A DNA stretch of 52,731 bases, taken from NCBI GenBank assembly GCA_028282585.1, contig JANQHR010000060.1, forward strand, positions 1 to 52,731. The letters run 5' to 3'. This DNA comes from Bacteroidales bacterium (GTDB lineage Bacteria; Bacteroidota; Bacteroidia; Bacteroidales; UBA12077). A program made the position numbers and the translations under genes. Shown here piece after piece: positions 1 to 8,879 of this stretch; position 1 is the stretch's first letter; the number at the start of each line of letters is the position of its first letter. The notes under the pieces were generated by a model. The model did not search any database and was not told the origin of the DNA. It saw only the letters and a program-made list of their open reading frames with translations.

Positions 1-155
1 AGCTTTTAGAACAACATTAAGAGGTGTTGTTGACATTAAGTTTTTCTTATATCGTGTAGCTAAAATATGGGCTTAACTTTTTTTATTAATCCACCATAAT
101 TTTCAAGTGATCCGTTATTTGATGTTAAAGTGATCCTAAAGGTATAAAAATCATA

Positions 156-191
156 AAACAAAAAAGCCTTTCTCCATTGAAGAAAGGCTTT
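156..191 (-). terminator. Intrinsic terminator downstream of rpsT
   Basis: AAAGCCTTTCT-7 nt-AGAAAGGCTTT hairpin (163-191), followed on the minus strand by a T tract. Confidence 0.8.
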
Positions 192-211
192 GATTTGTAT
201 TTTACATCTTT

Positions 212-463
212 TTATAACTTATTCACATGTAAAGTTAAACTAGATTTTAAGTTAGCTGCTTTGTTTGCATGAATGATATTCTTCTTTGCTAATTTATCAA
301 GCATTGAAGAAACTTTTGGTAATAATGCAACAGCTTCAGCTTTATCAGTAGTATTACGTAAAACTTTTATTGCATTACGCGTAGTTCTTGCGAAATACTT
401 GTTGTGAAGTCTTAACTTTTCACTCTGTCTTGCTCTTTTCTCTGCTGACTTATGGTTTGCCAT
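212..463 (-). CDS. rpsT: 30S ribosomal protein S20
   Basis: [14 protein letters not shown]-terminus and [20 protein letters not shown]-terminal motif; 83 aa. Confidence 0.97.
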   Translation of the reverse strand: MANHKSAEKRARQSEKLRLHNKYFARTTRNAIKVLRNTTDKAEAVALLPKVSSMLDKLAKKNIIHANKAANLKSSLTLHVNKL

Positions 464-494
464 AATTTCTCCGTTAACTTATTAATTTTTTTAG

Positions 495-566
495 TACTCC
501 GTAGGGGAATCGAACCCCTGTTACCAGGATGAAAACCTGGCGTCCTAACCCCTAGACGAACGGAGC
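495..566 (-). tRNA. tRNA-Glu (anticodon TTC)
   Basis: Minus strand GCTCCGT...CCAGG-TTTTCAT-CCTGG...AGGGG-TTCGATT-CCCCT-ACGGAGT-A folds as a 72-nt cloverleaf; no encoded CCA. Confidence 0.96.
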
Positions 567-594
567 ATAATCTCAAGTCTGAAACTTGGTGGTG

Positions 595-625
595 CAAAAG
601 TAAATGATTTTTTTATTCTTGCAAA
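595..625 (-). promoter_or_regulatory. Bacteroidota housekeeping sigma promoter for tRNA-Glu-rpsT
   Basis: Minus strand TTTG (625-622), 19-nt spacer, TACTTTTG (602-595) matches the -33/-7 consensus TTTG-N19-21-TAnnTTTG. Confidence 0.8.
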
Positions 626-691
626 TATTTTTTAAAAAATTTTATTTTTTTTGAGAAAAAATTTAAGCTTTAAGGCACAACTAGTAATACA

Positions 692-2056
692 TTAATTGTT
701 TTTAATTAATTGACAAGCAATATCATGTAAATTTAATCCTGAAAAATTGCCGCTACTCATCATTAATAAATTATGATTTAACAGATTTATGCGCTTGATA
801 TAATGAATAAGATCGTTTTGGTTGGTAAAAACAATCAAATGCTCATTATTAAATGCTTTTTTTACCTGACTCTCACTAATTGGTTTGAGTCTTTTATGCT
901 TAACTACTTCGGGATTAAAATAAACGATTGCTTTATCTGCACCTGCCATGGTCCCATTGTATTCGGCTAAGAAATTTATATTTAAGCTGCTGAAAGTATG
1001 TAACTCCATTATAGCGATAAGCTTTCTAGTATTAAATTGATCTTTTACTGCATTAACAGTGGCTTTTAACTTAGATGGTGAGTGGGCAAAATCTCTGAAG
1101 ATTGTGGTACTTTCATTTTCAGCTAACACCTCTAATCGTTTTGCAGCTCCTTTAAACTCAGATATAGCTGAATAAAACTCCTCGTCGCTTAATCCAAGTT
1201 TATTACATACTAATTTAGCACCGCTAATATTTTGAAGGTTGTGTTCACCAAATACCTTAACAGAAATTTCTTTATCTAAATTGATTAGAAATGTTTTGTT
1301 TTTTCTTTTTGTATATGAATGCGTATTATAACCTGTTTTTTGAATTGAAATATCTGATTCCTTTACAATGTCAATTAAATTTTTGTCATGTTTATAATAA
1401 AATAAACATCCATTTTTATCGATTTGATTTATAAAAAGGCTGAATTGTTTTTTATAATTTTCAAAGGTTGGAAATACATTTATATGATCCCATGCTATTC
1501 CGCTAATTAAGGCTATATGAGGTTTGTATAAATGGAATTTGGGTCGGGGGTCAATTGGAGACGATAAATATTCATCTCCTTCAAAAACAGCAATTGGAGC
1601 TTCTTCTGTTAAATTTACCATTGTTTCGAATCCTTCAATTTGGGCACCTACCATATAATCAAATTTCATATTGTGAAATTTCAACACATGCATTATCATT
1701 GAAGTTATAGTAGTTTTTCCATGACTTCCTCCAATTACAACTCTTGTTTTGTTTTTAGTTTGTTCAAACAAATATTCAGGATAGGAATATATCTTTAAGT
1801 TTAACTCTTTAGCTTTTTTAAGCTCAGGATTATCAATTCTTGCATGCATTCCTAAAATAATCGCATCTATGTCAGGAGTAATTAGTTCAGGATTCCACCC
1901 AATATAATCAGGGAGAATATTGTATTTTTTTAATCGGGATCTGGATGGTTCAAATATTTCATCATCCGATCCTGAAACTTGATAGCCTTTTTTACATAGA
2001 CTTATGGCTAAATTATGCATGGCACTACCACCAACTGCAATAAAATGAACTTTCAT
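692..2056 (-). CDS. Mur ligase family protein, Mpl/MurC-like (peptidoglycan recycling ligase)
   Basis: HFIAVGGSAM, GSHGKTT P-loop, EGDEY, DHINVF and DFAHSP motifs. Confidence 0.85.
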   Translation of the reverse strand: MKVHFIAVGGSAMHNLAISLCKKGYQVSGSDDEIFEPSRSRLKKYNILPDYIGWNPELITPDIDAIILGMHARIDNPELKKAKELNLKIYSYPEYLFEQTKNKTRVVIGGSHGKTTITSMIMHVLKFHNMKFDYMVGAQIEGFETMVNLTEEAPIAVFEGDEYLSSPIDPRPKFHLYKPHIALISGIAWDHINVFPTFENYKKQFSLFINQIDKNGCLFYYKHDKNLIDIVKESDISIQKTGYNTHSYTKRKNKTFLINLDKEISVKVFGEHNLQNISGAKLVCNKLGLSDEEFYSAISEFKGAAKRLEVLAENESTTIFRDFAHSPSKLKATVNAVKDQFNTRKLIAIMELHTFSSLNINFLAEYNGTMAGADKAIVYFNPEVVKHKRLKPISESQVKKAFNNEHLIVFTNQNDLIHYIKRINLLNHNLLMMSSGNFSGLNLHDIACQLIKNN

Positions 2057-2212
2057 TTTTTATATTTGTATTTAAATTGTGAAGAAGTTAAAGATAAGAG
2101 TAAAAAGATTAAAGTAAAAAAGTATGATCAATATTAATAGAGTGGATAAACTTATATAATAAATGATCGAGAAAGTATAATAGAGAAATCTGAAATTTTA
2201 AACTAAGTAAAA

Positions 2213-3049
2213 ATGAAACTATATCCTATACACATTAGTAATTTTAAGATTGATGGTGGTGCAATGTTTGGAGTTGTGCCTAAGGTTTTATGGCAAAGCA
2301 AATATCCAGCCGATGAAAATAATCTGTGCAATTGGGCATTACGCTCTTTACTTATTGATACAGGAGATCGTGTAATTTTAATTGATAATGGTCATGGAGA
2401 TAAGCAAAACGAAAAGTTTTTTAAGCACGTTCATTTAAATGGTGGAGATGGGTTAGAAGGAGCCTTGAAAAAAAATGAATATACTTTTGATGATGTTACA
2501 GATATGATTTTAACACACCTTCATACAGATCATTGCGGAGGAGGAGTCAAACATAATGAGGATAAGTCAGGTTTTGAGATGGTTTTTAAAAATGCGACTT
2601 ATTGGATAAGTAAACCACAATGGGAAAGTGCTATGAATCCAAACAAACAAGAAGGTGCAGCATTTCTGGAAGAGAATATAATGCCCATGTTAAAAAGCGG
2701 CCAGGTAAAATTTATTGAAGAAGATACAGAATTATATACGGGAATAGAACTACGCCTTTACAACGGACATACAAAGGGCCAAATTATTCCTTTTATCAAT
2801 ACCGGAGAGCAAACCGTTGTGTTTATGGCAGATTTAATTCCATCAACTGCACATATTCCTTTGGTTTGGAACATGGCTTATGATGTAAGTCCTATGCTTA
2901 TGCTACAAGAAAAGGAAGACTTTCTGAACGAAGCTGCTGAAAACAATTATATACTGTTTTTCCAGCACGATTTATATAATGAATGTGCGCGCGTCCATAA
3001 AACTGAAAAAGGTGTGAGGCTCAAAGAAACATTTACTTTATTGAGCTGA
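2213..3049 (+). CDS. MBL-fold metallo-hydrolase (YtnP-like)
   Basis: DGGAMFGVVPK, THLHTDH (HxHxDH), GHTKG, ADL and terminal H motifs. Confidence 0.88.
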   Translation: MKLYPIHISNFKIDGGAMFGVVPKVLWQSKYPADENNLCNWALRSLLIDTGDRVILIDNGHGDKQNEKFFKHVHLNGGDGLEGALKKNEYTFDDVTDMILTHLHTDHCGGGVKHNEDKSGFEMVFKNATYWISKPQWESAMNPNKQEGAAFLEENIMPMLKSGQVKFIEEDTELYTGIELRLYNGHTKGQIIPFINTGEQTVVFMADLIPSTAHIPLVWNMAYDVSPMLMLQEKEDFLNEAAENNYILFFQHDLYNECARVHKTEKGVRLKETFTLLS

Positions 3050-3205
3050 TCTAGTGCATTAGTATTGTTGTTTAAGGTGCTGTAGGCCAGCGTTTTTTTG
3101 TTGTAACTAAGTATTGTTTAGTAATTTAGCAAAAAACATGAACAAAGTGTTTTTGTTTGTGTTACTTAGTTAACAAAATAGTCATTTTCAAAATCATAAA
3201 ACTTT

Positions 3206-3898
3206 ATGGGTAAAAATATTTTAGTAATTGGTTCAAATTCAAGTATTGCGAAGAAGCTAATTGATATGGAATTAAAAGAAGGAAATCATATTTTTTCAAT
3301 TAGTAGAAAAGGATTTGAGCTGGAAAACACTAATTTTCATCATCAAATATTAGATGTTTTAGAAGAAAATATTCCAGAAGATTTTCTCCCCGATTCGATA
3401 GACGGAATGGTTTATTTTCCTGGGACGATTAATTTAAAACCATTTAAAGCTTTAAAGCAAAATGTCATATTATCGGATATAAGGATTAATGTTCTTGGTG
3501 CAGTAAATGTAATTCAGCAAGTTCTTAAAAAATTGAGCTTAGGTAGTTCCGTTTTATTGTTTTCATCTGTGGCTGTTAGGTTAGGAATGCCTTATCATTC
3601 GTCAGTAGCAATTTCTAAAGGAGCAGTTGAAGGATTAACGATATCGCTTGCATCAGAACTGGCGCCAAAAGTAAGAGTTAATTGTGTGGCACCTTCATTA
3701 ACCAGTACAAATATGGCATCAAGATTTATTGATACTGAAGAAAAATTAAATTCAATGAAAAACCGACATCCTTTGAAATCCATAGGCCAACCAGAGGATT
3801 TAGCGTATTTGATTTCTTATTTGTTATCAGATAAATCAAAATGGGTAACCGGACAGGTTATATCTGTGGATGGCGGATTATCAAACTTAAAAATGTAG
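3206..3898 (+). CDS. SDR family oxidoreductase
   Basis: N-terminal Rossmann strand, RVNCVAPS and WVTGQVISVDGG; the catalytic Tyr of YxxxK is absent (VAISK). Confidence 0.85.
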   Translation: MGKNILVIGSNSSIAKKLIDMELKEGNHIFSISRKGFELENTNFHHQILDVLEENIPEDFLPDSIDGMVYFPGTINLKPFKALKQNVILSDIRINVLGAVNVIQQVLKKLSLGSSVLLFSSVAVRLGMPYHSSVAISKGAVEGLTISLASELAPKVRVNCVAPSLTSTNMASRFIDTEEKLNSMKNRHPLKSIGQPEDLAYLISYLLSDKSKWVTGQVISVDGGLSNLKM

Positions 3899-3900
3899 AA

Positions 3901-4374
3901 ATGAATTTTAGAGGAAAAACTTTTCATCGTTTAGATATTGCAATAACACGTTGGATGGCATCCAAAGGGCTTATCTTGTTACGTTGGAGTATCGGAATAA
4001 TTTTTTTTTGGTTTGGATTTTTGAAATTTTTTGAAGGCTTAAGCCCCGCTGAAGATCTTGCTATACGAACTATTGATAAAATCACTTTTGGGTTTATTCC
4101 GGATAATTTAATTATATATGGTTTAGCCTTTTGGGAAGTTTTAATAGGAATTGGACTCATATTTAATATTTTTCTGAGAGAAACATTGTTGTTGCTTTAT
4201 TTACAAATGGTTGGAACTTTTATGCCCGTGGTTTTATTCTCTGATGAGGTTTTTAATGTCTTTCCTTATTCATTAACAATAGAAGGCCAGTATATTATTA
4301 AAAACTTAATTCTTTTTAGTGCCGGAATTGTTTTAGGAGCAACAGTGAGAGGTGGAAGGTTGGAATCTAAGTGA
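3901..4374 (+). CDS. DoxX/YkgB-like membrane protein
   Basis: LLRWSIGIIFFWFGFLKF and EGQYIIKN motifs, several hydrophobic helices; ATG at 3901 preferred over the overlapping 3841 start. Confidence 0.75.
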   Translation: MNFRGKTFHRLDIAITRWMASKGLILLRWSIGIIFFWFGFLKFFEGLSPAEDLAIRTIDKITFGFIPDNLIIYGLAFWEVLIGIGLIFNIFLRETLLLLYLQMVGTFMPVVLFSDEVFNVFPYSLTIEGQYIIKNLILFSAGIVLGATVRGGRLESK

Positions 4375-4438
4375 AGTCAAAATCAACAATTGTGAAAGAA
4401 GATTGCTAATTTTATCTCAAATTTTAAAATTGAGATAA

Positions 4439-5482
4439 ATGTTATATTTTTCAGATGTAGTAATTGACCAACTGACAGTTCATAAGGTTGGTAGTAAGTA
4501 TAATGAAGAAAATATTCGACTTTCTAAAGAAACTTTAAAGCTCGATAACGAAATAAAAGAATTACTTGCTAAATACTTTCTTACACCTTTTAAATCTAAT
4601 GAATATTTTACCTTTTATCACGAATCAGATTTAAATCTGAATGAAGTATTTCATTTTGTTTCAAAAATCTTTGAAAATCCTGAAGAGATTTATAATCAGT
4701 CGGTAAATTTAGCAAAGCATCTTTATGAAAACTCAACTCATCCAAATATCAATGGAGGAGAGTTTTATACTGTCCATTTTCAGGATATACAATTTAATCA
4801 TGAAGTTGTTGATGCTATCGGATTATTTAAATCAGAAACCAGGGAGACATTCTTAAAGGTTTACTCAAAAGATGAGAATTATACCATAGAGAGCGATCAA
4901 GGAATTGATATTAAAAAGCTTGATAAAGGTTGCCTTATTCTGAATTTTGAAAAAGAAAACGGTTACGTTGTTACTTCAGTGGATAAATTGAGTAAGGGTG
5001 AAGACGCTCGTTATTGGATTGATGATTTTCTAAAAATTAAACAACGCGAAGATGAGTATTACCACACTGAGAATGTAATGAAAATGTATAAGGATTTTGT
5101 AGTTAAGGAAATTCCAAACGAATATGAGGTTACTAAAGCAGATCAGGTTGATATGATTAATAAATCCAAAAAGTTCTTTAAGGAAACCGATAATTTTCAA
5201 CTGGAAGATTTCTCAGAGCAGGTAATTGAAGATAAAAATTTAATAGAAAGCTTTACTAACTATAAAAAAGCCTATGAATCTGAAAATGAAATTGAAATTT
5301 CAGAAGAATTTGAAATATCTCAAAGTGCTGCAAAAAAACAATTTCGTGTTTTTAAAAGCGTAATTAAACTCGATAAAAATTTTCACATCTATGTTCATGG
5401 AAACAGAGATTACATTATAAAAGGTTTTGATGAAAAGACAGGGATGAATTATTATCAGGTATTTTTTAATGAAGAAAAATAA
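4439..5482 (+). CDS. Nucleoid-associated protein (37-kDa YejK/NdpA family, Bacteroidota type)
   Basis: VHKVG, AKHLYE, GLFKSE, LDKGCLI, YWIDDFL and KLDKNFHIYVHG motifs. Confidence 0.8.
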   Translation: MLYFSDVVIDQLTVHKVGSKYNEENIRLSKETLKLDNEIKELLAKYFLTPFKSNEYFTFYHESDLNLNEVFHFVSKIFENPEEIYNQSVNLAKHLYENSTHPNINGGEFYTVHFQDIQFNHEVVDAIGLFKSETRETFLKVYSKDENYTIESDQGIDIKKLDKGCLILNFEKENGYVVTSVDKLSKGEDARYWIDDFLKIKQREDEYYHTENVMKMYKDFVVKEIPNEYEVTKADQVDMINKSKKFFKETDNFQLEDFSEQVIEDKNLIESFTNYKKAYESENEIEISEEFEISQSAAKKQFRVFKSVIKLDKNFHIYVHGNRDYIIKGFDEKTGMNYYQVFFNEEK

Positions 5483-5490
5483 TTTTAAAT

Positions 5491-5979
5491 ATGAGCGATA
5501 GGATATCTTCAAAGGAATTTGTTAAGAAGGTTTTTATTAAAGAAACGGGAAAATTGGTTGATAATGGATCTTATCACTTTGCATTTGTTATTATAGCCCA
5601 GGCGTTGGAAACTTTGGGCAGTTTTTTAGACTCTAAACCTTTGAAAGCGCGAGATCAGTCTAAAATTCGATTTTCTCATGCGATAAACAAGCTAATGCCT
5701 GTTAGGTATGCAAAACATAATGATAAGCATAAGTTGTACGACCAATTAAGAGCAAATCTGGCACATACGTTTACTTCAAGTCAACATATTATTTTAACAT
5801 CAAAATCTAATAAAGAATTAGGAAATAAGCATTTGGAAAAAGTAAACGATAAATTGGTTTTAGTAGCTGAAGATTTTTATGAGGATTTTAAAAAAGCTTG
5901 TGTAAGACTAATTGAAGGAATGGAAAAAGGAATTATTTCTGATAAAAAAATAAATTCTGAGTTTTATTATACTTTTTAA
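5491..5979 (+). CDS. Hypothetical protein, possible HEPN-superfamily domain
   Basis: Helical-looking 162 aa with an N-terminal E (ALETLG) and an R-x4-H motif (RANLAH). Confidence 0.5.
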   Translation: MSDRISSKEFVKKVFIKETGKLVDNGSYHFAFVIIAQALETLGSFLDSKPLKARDQSKIRFSHAINKLMPVRYAKHNDKHKLYDQLRANLAHTFTSSQHIILTSKSNKELGNKHLEKVNDKLVLVAEDFYEDFKKACVRLIEGMEKGIISDKKINSEFYYTF

Positions 5980-6016
5980 TAATTTCTTATCTTGCTATAA
6001 ATAAAAAACTTTGAAA

Positions 6017-6238
6017 ATGAAAATTAGAAAAAAAGGATACTGGCTTTTATTTACTTTAACTGTGTTTTTTACTTTACTTGCTATATCTACAATAATACCA
6101 TCTGAACGAGCAAGTAAAGTTTGTATGATGGGCTATAAAGCACATTGTACTTTTACTCCAATAAGCACAATATTATGTGTAGTTCCTGCCGGTTTGGTAT
6201 GCTTTGTTAGAAAAAGATTTTTTGTTTCGTACAAGTAA
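6017..6238 (+). CDS. Small two-TM hypothetical protein with a Cys-containing loop
   Basis: Two hydrophobic segments flank SKVCMMGYKAHCTFTP; ATG at 6017 (track starts at TTG 6011). Confidence 0.65.
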   Translation: MKIRKKGYWLLFTLTVFFTLLAISTIIPSERASKVCMMGYKAHCTFTPISTILCVVPAGLVCFVRKRFFVSYK

Positions 6239-6240
6239 TC

Positions 6241-6621
6241 TTAATTTGATTCTACCATTTCAAATGGTATTTCGAGTATAGATTGGTATTCTAATCCTTT
6301 TTCCTCAATTAATTTATCACCAGATTCAAAATACCAGGTTATCTTTATTTGTTTACCTGTCTCATTAATTTTTTCTAACTCGATAAAAATTTGGTAAAAC
6401 ATTTTTGCAGATGATGAATTGAAGTACTCCATTTTACAGAGAAGATTGGTACTCTCATTTGGATGTTTTATATAATTTTCAATCCATTCAAATACAGGTT
6501 CAAAAAATTTTGCTGAATCTTCAGGTAAAGAATTTCCTGAAATTTCAAAATGATTATTTTCCGGATCAAAGATCAAATAAGGAGTATCTCTTGTTTCCTG
6601 AAATTCTAGTTTTTTTATCAT
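6241..6621 (-). CDS. SiaC/DUF1987 family regulatory phosphoprotein
   Basis: TP-x-I, ISGNSLPED, EYFNSSSAK and ITWYF motifs; directly downstream of a SiaB-like gene. Confidence 0.85.
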   Translation of the reverse strand: MIKKLEFQETRDTPYLIFDPENNHFEISGNSLPEDSAKFFEPVFEWIENYIKHPNESTNLLCKMEYFNSSSAKMFYQIFIELEKINETGKQIKITWYFESGDKLIEEKGLEYQSILEIPFEMVESN

Positions 6622-6631
6622 TGAAAATGAT

Positions 6632-7765
6632 TTAAGCTATTACATTAATTGAAAGGAATGATTTTTTATTATCTATTCTCTGAACAGAATAATTAATAGG
6701 AGAAATTAACCTTCGTGCAATGTCAATCAATCCGATTCCGGCACCACCATTATTTGGAAGATTACGTTCTCTTAGTTTGTTTAAATATAGATCTTTTAAT
6801 TCTTTTCCATTCAATCCATTTATATAATCCAAACGATCTTGTAGATCTTCAACAAATTCGTTTCTTATTAAATTACCTGTATTTACTACAAAATAACCAT
6901 CAGTTTTACCAATTAAGAAAATTCCTTCTTTTTTATTTCCTTCTTTTAAACAATGTCGGCTTATATTTTGGAGTAATTCAACAAGTATGTGAAATATTTT
7001 CTTCTTAGAAGCAGAGTCTTTATGTTCTTTTTGAAGATTTTCCTCAATAATTTTTAGGACCGGAAAAATTGCATCTTGCGAAAAATCACCTTTATGAATT
7101 ACAAGAATTTCATCAGATACCATTTTTTGATGATAATTGATAGCCTCATCAATTCGAAAGGCAAATTCAGCCTTAAATTTTTTTTCTTCAATATTCGATT
7201 TTAATATAATCTGATTGTAGAAAAGAGCATATTTTTTATCGAAATCTTTAAACACATATTCAAGCTTCTGTCCCGATTTACGAGCCATTTCAATAAGGCC
7301 AAGTCCTGCACCACCTTTATCCGAAATCTGTTCATTTTCAAGAACCTCTCGGTACAAAGCTTTTAGTTCTTCCTTATCTAAACTATTAACTTTTTCCAAT
7401 TGGCGCTCAAGATTCTCAATCTTGGTATTTTCAATTAAATTACCTGATGTTATATAGTAAGTATCTTGCCAGTTTTTAGTGAGAAAAAACCCTTCGTTTG
7501 TTGATGCATGCACCTTCCCATCAAGCGACTCGCCATGTCGTACAATGTTTTGAAAGCATTCTGCCATTAAGAATGAAGCCTTCTTTTTCATTTTATGTAA
7601 TGAGTCAATATTATTGATGTTATATTCACTTAACTCAATTAGTTTGTTGGTGATATCATCACTAAAATCGCCATTATAAAGCAAGCACAAATTGTCTTCT
7701 TTGATGCGGTCGAAAAACCAAAATGTTGAGTTGATATTCATAAACTGCTTAGGTTGGTGCTCCAA
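6632..7765 (-). CDS. SiaB/DUF6272 family protein kinase with two tandem domains
   Basis: Two copies each of E-xx-QNI-x-RH, (S/T)GNLI and GGAG(L/I)GLI(E/D)xAR; alternative ATG start at 7741. Confidence 0.8.
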   Translation of the reverse strand: MEHQPKQFMNINSTFWFFDRIKEDNLCLLYNGDFSDDITNKLIELSEYNINNIDSLHKMKKKASFLMAECFQNIVRHGESLDGKVHASTNEGFFLTKNWQDTYYITSGNLIENTKIENLERQLEKVNSLDKEELKALYREVLENEQISDKGGAGLGLIEMARKSGQKLEYVFKDFDKKYALFYNQIILKSNIEEKKFKAEFAFRIDEAINYHQKMVSDEILVIHKGDFSQDAIFPVLKIIEENLQKEHKDSASKKKIFHILVELLQNISRHCLKEGNKKEGIFLIGKTDGYFVVNTGNLIRNEFVEDLQDRLDYINGLNGKELKDLYLNKLRERNLPNNGGAGIGLIDIARRLISPINYSVQRIDNKKSFLSINVIA

Positions 7766-7912
7766 ACAATTAATAAAATAAGTGAAAATTTCTGAAAAGC
7801 ACCAATTTTTTCAAGTTAAAATGTTATTAAAAATGATAAACTATTGATTTTACAGACTCATTTTTCATTAAGAAATTTTAATATATCTTTAAAATCTTCA
7901 AAAAGGGAAAAT

Positions 7913-8869
7913 ATGAAAGCAGCCATTATAGATCAATTTGGGGGACCAGAGGTTTTTAAGATAAAAGAAATAGAGAAACCTAAAGTTAAACCAGACCAAT
8001 TATTGGTTAAAGTAAAAACCGTAGGGATAAATCCAATTGATTGGAAACAACGTAAAGGAAACCATAAGTTCGTTTTAGGATCACCTTTTCCAATTGTTTT
8101 AGGATATGATGTTTGTGGTGAAGTTGTTGAGGTTGGTAATAAGATTTCAAAGTTTAATGTTGGAGATGATGTTTTTGGAGTGCTGAACAATAAGTATGGT
8201 GGGGCAATGGCCGAGTTTGCTGTAGGAAACGAATTTTGTTTTGCCATAAAACCAAAAGAAATTTCTAAGGAAGAAGCCGCTGCATTTCCTATGGTTTCAC
8301 TAACAGCTTTACAAGCACTTAGAGATAAAGTTGGACTAAAAAATAATCAAACAGTTGTGTTCAATGGAGCATCTGGAGGTGTTGGACACGTAGCTATTCA
8401 AATTGCAAAACTGATAGGAGCTAAAGTAATAACTGTAGCTAGTAAAAGTAGCAAGAAATTTATGAGCCAATTTAATCCGGATGAATTCATTGATTATACT
8501 GAACAGAACGTTTTAAATACTAACATTAAAGCAGATGTATTTTTTGATGTAATTGGAAACCTTACCTTTCCAAAAGTTAAACATTTGCTAAAATCCGGAG
8601 GTACATATTTAAATTTGAATTACATTCATTCTATAACAAAGCTTCCTGTTAACATTCTTCATCAAATTTTCTCTAAAGGGAAAAAGGCAAAAACTATATT
8701 AATGAAACACGATAGTTCCGATCTTGATATGATTTCGAAGTGGATACAAGAGAAAAAGATAAAAATATGTTTGGATAAAGTTTTTAATCTGGATCAAGTT
8801 CATAAAGCTCACCAATATGCCGAGCAGGGGCACAATAAAGGAAAGAATGTAATAGTTATTAGTGAATAA
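7913..8869 (+). CDS. NADP-dependent oxidoreductase (MDR/quinone reductase-like)
   Basis: GINPIDWK, LGYDVCGEV, NGASGGVG and GHNKGK motifs; ATG at 7913. Confidence 0.88.
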   Translation: MKAAIIDQFGGPEVFKIKEIEKPKVKPDQLLVKVKTVGINPIDWKQRKGNHKFVLGSPFPIVLGYDVCGEVVEVGNKISKFNVGDDVFGVLNNKYGGAMAEFAVGNEFCFAIKPKEISKEEAAAFPMVSLTALQALRDKVGLKNNQTVVFNGASGGVGHVAIQIAKLIGAKVITVASKSSKKFMSQFNPDEFIDYTEQNVLNTNIKADVFFDVIGNLTFPKVKHLLKSGGTYLNLNYIHSITKLPVNILHQIFSKGKKAKTILMKHDSSDLDMISKWIQEKKIKICLDKVFNLDQVHKAHQYAEQGHNKGKNVIVISE

Positions 8870-8879
8870 GTTTTTAATA

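Noticed and set aside
412-597. 61-aa ORF upstream of rpsT
   Set aside because: It is a chance reading frame through tRNA-Glu.
2213-3049. Metallo-beta-lactamase resistance gene
   Set aside because: No signal peptide, and the DGGAMFGVVP motif points to the cytoplasmic YtnP-like hydrolases rather than class B beta-lactamases.
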